This document shows, one piece after another, positions 58,098-64,000 of a stretch of DNA of 64,000 nt; position 1 is the stretch's first letter, and each line of letters starts with the position of its first letter. The notes below the pieces were generated by a model. That model was given only the letters and a program-made list of their open reading frames with translations, ran no database searches and had not been told where the DNA came from. Source of the stretch: a virus. Its lineage: Duplodnaviria > Caudoviricetes. The DNA is taken from IMG/VR virus record IMGVR_UViG_3300020046_004224; one strand, written 5' to 3'. The translations under genes and the position numbers were made by a program.

Positions 58098-58523
58098 ATT
58101 TTATATTCTCGTTTCTTTATCCAATTCGACGAACTCTTTCCATAAACTCAAAATTTCTTCTTTTTTCGACGAATTGTTCATTTTGAACACCGTCTTTTCT
58201 TTCTCCCATAACTTAACATTCATTTCGAAATCGTCAAACGCTTTGTCTAATCTTTTTCCTTGGTCAATAACTTTTTGAACTCTTTCTATAAATTCTTTAT
58301 CGATTAAATCAATATCATATTGAAAAGAATTATCCATATATTAATCTGCCGCTCTGTTTATTTCAAATGCTTCTAACCCACACACCTTTGCAACAGTACC
58401 ATCTTCACAGTAAAGTGCAACTTCTAATCTCTGCGTCTGCTCAACTTTGACAACTTTTTTACCTTTATAGTGTGGATAAAATGATAAAACGTATTGTGCA
58501 GTTTCTATCTTATTCATAAATTT

Positions 58524-58599
58524 TGGTTGCTTGAGTCGGTTACGATCCGACCTATATAGTTCTTCAAACTATCGCTTTCACCAGATTAGCTTTCAAGCA
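58524..58599 (-). tRNA. tRNA-Phe(GAA)
   Basis: ATAGT-TTGAAGA-ACTAT; CCA. Confidence 0.82.
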
Positions 58600-58619
58600 A
58601 TTAATATATTTCTTTAATC

Positions 58620-58850
58620 ATTTTTGCCGTTTCCGGCCCTACACCACCCGTTCTTAGGTTGTGTCACTCTATTATTATTTGCCGTATTTGAGTTAATAAT
58701 TGAAACCTCTCGTCGGATGCTCCGAACGGGTTTCCCTCTATCGGAGTTATGAAAACTGTATATTTCGTTCCCCAATGGGTGTAAACGAAACCACAGTCCC
58801 GGTCTTTGCCGGACTGCCTTTAAAACTTTGATGTTTTGAATATGTTCTCA
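58620..58850 (-). ncRNA. putative structured ncRNA
   Basis: ORF-free, GC-rich, several hairpins, downstream of a TTGCAT-17-TAAAGT promoter. Confidence 0.45.
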
Positions 58851-58918
58851 TATTATTATCTTTACTTACTCTACTTTACACTATTTTGTTTTGTTATGCA
58901 AATCTAATTTCTTTCATA

Positions 58919-59401
58919 TTATTTCAATAATTCAGGATTTTCAAATATATTACCGATAACACACATTCTTGCTCTGCCACAAATAGGAGAAGATGGAGGT
59001 AGTTCATATCGATATATAGTACCTGTCGAATCGTCTCCTACTATATAACGCATCCAACTAAAATCTCCAATACCTCCGTCTGGGGCAGTGCCCAATTTAA
59101 TCGGTTTCAACTTAAATGCACCGTCATCAAAGATAACTTTGAATAAACAAGATGTATCAACTTCGATCACATCATAATACTTTAAATAAACTATATCGCC
59201 CTCATATATTTCTTGTTTGTTAACATCTTTTTTTCCTGTAAATGATTGAACAACGAACCAATCGTCTGTTCTTTTGAGAAATTCTGAAACAGGTGCATTC
59301 CCTTTTAAAAGATATGATGGTTCAAAGTCTAATCCATTGGAAGTAGATAAAAAACGATTTTGTCCACGACTTTCCCAAATTCGGAATTTAACATCTTTCA
59401 T
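58919..59401 (-). CDS. YopX family protein
   Basis: KFRIW, FTGKKDVNKQEIYEGDI, IGNIFENPEL. Confidence 0.85.
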   Translation of the reverse strand: MKDVKFRIWESRGQNRFLSTSNGLDFEPSYLLKGNAPVSEFLKRTDDWFVVQSFTGKKDVNKQEIYEGDIVYLKYYDVIEVDTSCLFKVIFDDGAFKLKPIKLGTAPDGGIGDFSWMRYIVGDDSTGTIYRYELPPSSPICGRARMCVIGNIFENPELLK

Positions 59402-59429
59402 ATTGTTTTATCTTTAATTGATTAGTTGT

Positions 59430-59506
59430 TGGTACTTCATCAGACACTCGAAATCTGTTTTATTCGCATATGAAACGAACTCGATAGCCACTACCGACCA
59501 TGAAGC
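59430..59506 (-). tRNA. tRNA with CAT anticodon (elongator Met or Ile2)
   Basis: TTCGT-TTCATAT-GCGAA; CCA. Confidence 0.78.
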
Positions 59507-59518
59507 ATTTTTAAAAAT

Positions 59519-59603
59519 TGATGCGGAGGTGGGAGTCGAACCACACTAGGTCAAAGGACAACGGGATATGAACCCGTCCAGCTACCGTTGCTGACACTCT
59601 GCG
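59519..59603 (-). tRNA. initiator tRNA-fMet(CAT)
   Basis: C1:A72 mismatch, three G-C pairs ACGGG-TTCATAT-CCCGT. Confidence 0.8.
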
Positions 59604-59898
59604 ATTTAAATATTACCACTACTTATCCTTTTTGTCAACGTTTTTCTCTAAAAGTTTCAAAAACACTCCAAATTAAAGAAAATATCAATATTGCAAATGT
59701 AATTCCCCCGCATACAAATGCCATTATAATAAATTTACAGATTGAACCATTGAACGGGACAACTCCAACTGACATACACTTTTTAGAATAATCCCTAAGA
59801 AACAAGAATCCTATAATAGAATAAAACAAATACATAAGGAAATACACCATTAACTAATATACTGGAACGGTTTAGCAAATGCAATAAATAAATTCATA

Positions 59899-62800
59899 AT
59901 GATTTTAAATAGTGTCACATCAGCCGCAGCGTTCCCAACCGAAGAACTTGTAATAAATATTAATGATGTGTCCCCTGCATTGAATAATATTCGAACAGGT
60001 GTTCGCTATACATATTATCAATATAATAACTCAGATAAATTTTTAACAAACACATCTTACTCACTGTCATCTATTGCAACGGAAGTAGACTTTAATAATG
60101 ATCTGTATCAGCCGACAACTTCTGCCAATCTTCCCGGCGATTTTCCGGTTAAATGGACAATAAATCACACATCAGTTCCTACCAATACTAATCACTTCCT
60201 TTATTTGACATTCCTTGGTGGTGCATCTGCAATATCAGTCCATCCAACCCAGCCTTATCCAATAGTAACAAAACTATCAAATAGCCAGATGACGGTATCG
60301 TGTGGTATGTTACCATTTCAGTCATATGAAGGAGAAGTCACAAAAGACGATTTTCGCCATGATCTTTCTACATCTTTGGTGAAAAATGCATCAACCTTTG
60401 GTATGACTTTTACCGTTTCGTTACCGTATATATCCAAAGGAAGACGAGATTTTGTTTTTGCTAATACGAAAAATTACTCCAATACACTGAAAGCAACCCT
60501 CGATAAAAACATAATCGGAAATAGTTTTAGTGTTACAGTTCCATTGGTATCTGCCAAAACCCAAACCGACTATACATGGAACACTGTTTTATATGATAGA
60601 ACATCATTAGTGACATCCCAAAATACAGAATCAATAACATTGACATCATTATCCTCGGAAGAATTACAACAAGAAGTCGGTGTAAATGCCCCTTATTTCG
60701 GAACATCGACCCTCAATCTTGCAACAGGTGCATTGAACTTGATTACAAAAGCACCTCTATTAGTGGCAGGAAATGATACAATCATATGCACATACGAAAC
60801 ATCTTCTGTATTATCTCCTTCTGAATATACGGTAACTACACCAGGAGCAAATTATTTCAACATATCGACAAACACAAATCCTATCTATTTTTACAACTAT
60901 GGTTTTAGATATTCAGGAACAGGTGTAACCGCAAAAGATGCATTCACTGTTAGTTTTTATCCTTCTGCTGGTATTACTGCAACCGGGACATCCGACTCTC
61001 TGGGAGTATCGTCTGTATATGTGTCAACTGTTTTCAACGATAGTTTCTTCCAAACATCGTATCCTATAGAAATAAATTCATCAAACATGAAAAAGCGTTT
61101 CATAGAACGATCCGATGATTATTCTCTTAGTGCATTTGATGTTGCCACAAACATTCTTTATAAAAATAATCAATGGATGCCTGCAAGTGCCGTGATGCGA
61201 TTTGTGAATGATGGGTTAGGAAACAATTATACTGCGGGAATACAATTAAGTTCTAAAATAGGAGCAATTTACAATTGTACAGAAGATGTTAATTTCCTTC
61301 TTAATAATAAGAATATTGTATTTTCATTATATCTAACAGAATATGATGATGTTTCTGCCCGTGTAAATGCCGTGGTATTCCCTTCACCCGATCCTGAACT
61401 GTTAATAAAGTGGGGTGCATTTCCTCCAGAAAATATAACACTGAGGGATGTCAACACTGGTCAAGAATTGGAACTTGGTGAATATTATCCTGCGGGAGAC
61501 ATCGAGGTAGATGTTTACAATCTCGGTGTAGATAAAACTCAAATAACCTTGTATTCACAAGAATTTGAAACCTCTGCAAGCACTTATTGGTTTCCATCTT
61601 CTTCTGTTATAGGTGATGTGTATTTAGAAATTCGTGATAACCTTACCGATTATAATCCAACAAACACAGGAGAGATAAGTGCATTCTTCAATAGACGTGG
61701 ATATTTATACCGTGTTCCGACCAATGCGAATATCATATGGTCCGAACGTATAAATTCCGATCTCGGTACCATAAGGTTCAATACTAGAGATAATGCTCGA
61801 CTCATAGAGGAATCGACCGTTTATCCATCAACTATAAATTATTCAGTGATGCAGGCATCGGTATCTACTCTTCCTGTTATTAAGAATCCATCAAGAGTCG
61901 CATTCAGTATATCTTGTAATGTGTTTGATGAGGATTATTCTATAGAAGGTAACAGATTAATTTATTTCCGTGCATACCCCGAAGACATACTATTATACAT
62001 GATAGCATCGTCGGGAGTGGGGTATGAGGATAGTAGTGAACGCACCAATATAATATCAACAACTTCTGGAATTTGGTCATTATCGGCCCAATATCCTAAT
62101 CTTGTTATCGATTCGTTATCTAGTATAATATGGACTAGTCATAATTCCAACGGAGTCACATTAACTGGAAGTGGTGATACATTCTCATTAACTTTAAGTA
62201 CTCTATCTGCATATGTGAACATCTCGGCTGCAAATGTCACACCGTTCTTAGGTAACTTCAAAAGTTATAATTTTTATGATACATTGAATTTCTATCTACT
62301 TTCATCACTTCCTGTTATGGATTATATAGGGTTTCCTGAATTTAAATATGATACTACCGGAAAAACACAGTTAACATATAATACACGCACCGCCTCCCAA
62401 GGTATGACATCATATAATCCATGTCATACAGAGAATTTCTTATTCTCTGCAACACCTGGATTTACTACATATAAATGGTCTTTGGGTAATTTGAATATAA
62501 CTACAGATTCCAATCTTGTCACCATTCCTGTAGAATATTCAGATATCTCTGCATCGGGACTTATTCAGCTATCCGCCTTTAATGATGTATTTCTGGAGTC
62601 GGATCAAAAAACAGTTTATAATTTTGTATCATCAGATAATTCAACCAAATATAAACAAGATATAGATTTTATAAACTATAAAGATAGTTCAATAACACTG
62701 TCTGTTGATAATGATCTTTATGATACTTCTAAATATACATCTAGACCGTTGATGTCAGTTGTTATAGACACCAAAGACCTAATGTTAAATTCATTTGACA

Positions 62801-64000
62801 TAAATGTGGTTCTTAGTGGAATCAGCGGTGTTCAGTTGAAGAACTTAGTGGGCACTATCAATGCATTTGATAAACAATTCAAGGCAGACATACAGAATTC
62901 AGATTTCATCATTGCAGAAAATTCATTCAATAACTTCAATCTATATCTTTCAGGTAATGTAAATGTAACCTATGGTTCTGGGTTCTGTTCCAGAAATCAA
63001 CCAGTGTCATCCTCAGTAATTCCGTTGTCAGTGTTTAATGGTCCAAATCTAGATTTATATACTGAAAAAAATATTATTTCTTCTGGAGAGATAGCATACT
63101 TCTACAACAGAAGCAATGATAATTTCTCATCAAATTCATATAGAAGTTTTACTGCATTTACGTTCGATGCAGGAGATGGAACATTAACATCGTCTACATC
63201 TGCTATTCTATCAGCGGCGTATGTCAGCGAGGGGGTTTATACTCCCATGTTGACTGGGTTCTTAACCACCGGTGAAGTGCTAACCTCTCAATGGTCTAAG
63301 ATGGTATGTGTCCACGATTCATTCGACTCTTATGATGAGAATATTCTCACACAATTCAATAGTGAATATAGCTTGCCATATTCTTTAAATGATGTCAAAA
63401 TAAGCGCAAACTCATGGCAATATGCCTCGGTTATAAACAATTCGTTTGATAAATTAAAGACCAATTTGGAATTCTTATCATCCCGATGTGCCTCGTATAA
63501 TACAAATTATCCGATTGCATTTGGCGGATATTTAGGAACTAAGTTTAACAACTTCAAATGGATTACCAATTATGACACAACTGATGTAGATAACAACGTA
63601 TTCGAAAATATCAATTGTGGAACCATATATGATGGTAAATTAATTTGTATGAATGGTGGTAACTTGGAAATATTTGATATATCTTCAACACCATCTAAAT
63701 TATACTCTTCGTCAAAAATAAACAAAAACGAAGTATTCATCAATGTTGTTAAATTAAAATATGATGGTAATCGTCTGTATATCCTTGATAGAGGGCGTAA
63801 GTCATTTTTCGTTTTATTATTTGATATAGACTCTCCTGAAACATCAGAGCTTACTCATTATTGGGGCGGGATCGGTGATCGTCTAGGTCGAACAAAATTC
63901 AACGATCCGGTAGATTTTGTGTTGGACTCTGATAATAATATATACATATTGGATAAGGCGTCCTATATAATCAAGGTTTATAATAAAAATTTAAACTGGA
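59899..64000 (+). CDS. very large Ser/Thr-rich virion protein (PKD-like and NHL-repeat-like parts), 3' partial
   Basis: frame from ATG 59899 (MILNSVTSAAAFPTEE...) open in the stretches I translated, up to the window end; FDAGDG PKD-like motif; FNDPVDFVLDSDNNIYILD NHL-like repeat; TAAATA upstream. Confidence 0.85.
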   Translation, partial: MILNSVTSAAAFPTEELVININDVSPALNNIRTGVRYTYYQYNNSDKFLTNTSYSLSSIATEVDFNNDLYQPTTSANLPGDFPVKWTINHTSVPTNTNHFLYLTFLGGASAISVHPTQPYPIVTKLSNSQMTVSCGMLPFQSYEGEVTKDDFRHDLSTSLVKNASTFGMTFTVSLPYISKGRRDFVFANTKNYSNTLKATLDKNIIGNSFSVTVPLVSAKTQTDYTWNTVLYDRTSLVTSQNTESITLTSLSSEELQQEVGVNAPYFGTSTLNLATGALNLITKAPLLVAGNDTIICTYETSSVLSPSEYTVTTPGANYFNISTNTNPIYFYNYGFRYSGTGVTAKDAFTVSFYPSAGITATGTSDSLGVSSVYVSTVFNDSFFQTSYPIEINSSNMKKRFIERSDDYSLSAFDVATNILYKNNQWMPASAVMRFVNDGLGNNYTAGIQLSSKIGAIYNCTEDVNFLLNNKNIVFSLYLTEYDDVSARVNAVVFPSPDPELLIKWGAFPPENITLRDVNTGQELELGEYYPAGDIEVDVYNLGVDKTQITLYSQEFETSASTYWFPSSSVIGDVYLEIRDNLTDYNPTNTGEISAFFNRRGYLYRVPTNANIIWSERINSDLGTIRFNTRDNARLIEESTVYPSTINYSVMQASVSTLPVIKNPSRVAFSISCNVFDEDYSIEGNRLIYFRAYPEDILLYMIASSGVGYEDSSERTNIISTTSGIWSLSAQYPNLVIDSLSSIIWTSHNSNGVTLTGSGDTFSLTLSTLSAYVNISAANVTPFLGNFKSYNFYDTLNFYLLSSLPVMDYIGFPEFKYDTTGKTQLTYNTRTASQGMTSYNPCHTENFLFSATPGFTTYKWSLGNLNITTDSNLVTIPVEYSDISASGLIQLSAFNDVFLESDQKTVYNFVSSDNSTKYKQDIDFINYKDSSITLSVDNDLYDTSKYTSRPLMSVVIDTKDLMLNSFDINVVLSGISGVQLKNLVGTINAFDKQFKADIQNSDFIIAENSFNNFNLYLSGNVNVTYGSGFCSRNQPVSSSVIPLSVFNGPNLDLYTEKNIISSGEIAYFYNRSNDNFSSNSYRSFTAFTFDAGDGTLTSSTSAILSAAYVSEGVYTPMLTGFLTTGEVLTSQWSKMVCVHDSFDSYDENILTQFNSEYSLPYSLNDVKISANSWQYASVINNSFDKLKTNLEFLSSRCASYNTNYPIAFGGYLGTKFNNFKWITNYDTTDVDNNVFENINCGTIYDGKLICMNGGNLEIFDISSTPSKLYSSSKINKNEVFINVVKLKYDGNRLYILDRGRKSFFVLLFDIDSPETSELTHYWGGIGDRLGRTKFNDPVDFVLDSDNNIYILDKASYIIKVYNKNLNW

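Noticed and set aside
46464-58186. Short ORFs overlapping tRNA genes (e.g. 46464, 47841, 49585, 51615, 57523 on +; 49762 and 50267 on -)
   Set aside because: They are explained by the tRNA sequences and have no protein motifs
61269-61457. Minus-strand 62-aa ORF
   Set aside because: It lies antisense within the giant plus-strand ORF

Overview
This window is part of an AT-rich jumbo/T4-like tailed phage genome. It encodes a gp44-type clamp loader, a T4 rnh-like nuclease, a gp19/gp54-like tail tube protein, thyA and nrdAB, and has TAAATA/TAAGTA late-type promoters. A DUF1549/DUF1553 plus DUF1501 gene pair points to a Verrucomicrobia/Planctomycetes (PVC) host. The window is rich in RNA and translation functions. 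(1) A Ro60/TROVE-like vWA protein (DUF2828-type, 9531-11222) is followed by an array of 8 non-coding units. Each unit has a terminal stem, an ACAGCAA motif and a variable cargo; several cargos are circularly permuted tRNA mimics (Y-RNA/YrlA-like). A 2H phosphoesterase gene follows the array. (2) A minus-strand cluster (43-59.6 kb) holds 29 tRNA genes covering all 20 amino acids, interspersed with homing endonucleases. The cluster also holds several oversized or anticodon-less tRNA-like RNAs, a D-armless tRNA-Tyr, short-arm tRNA-Leu genes and a stand-alone mimic of the 23S rRNA uL11-binding (H43-H44) domain. (3) The phage carries its own Pth2, a truncated GluRS, a minimal TilS, IF-1 and YqeY. 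(4) A small protein fuses a Tat-like leader to a gp23 'Gol peptide'-like capsid segment. A >1360-codon virion-protein ORF starts at 59899 and runs off the window; it is absent from the supplied ORF track. All calls come from manual reading; no database searches were run.
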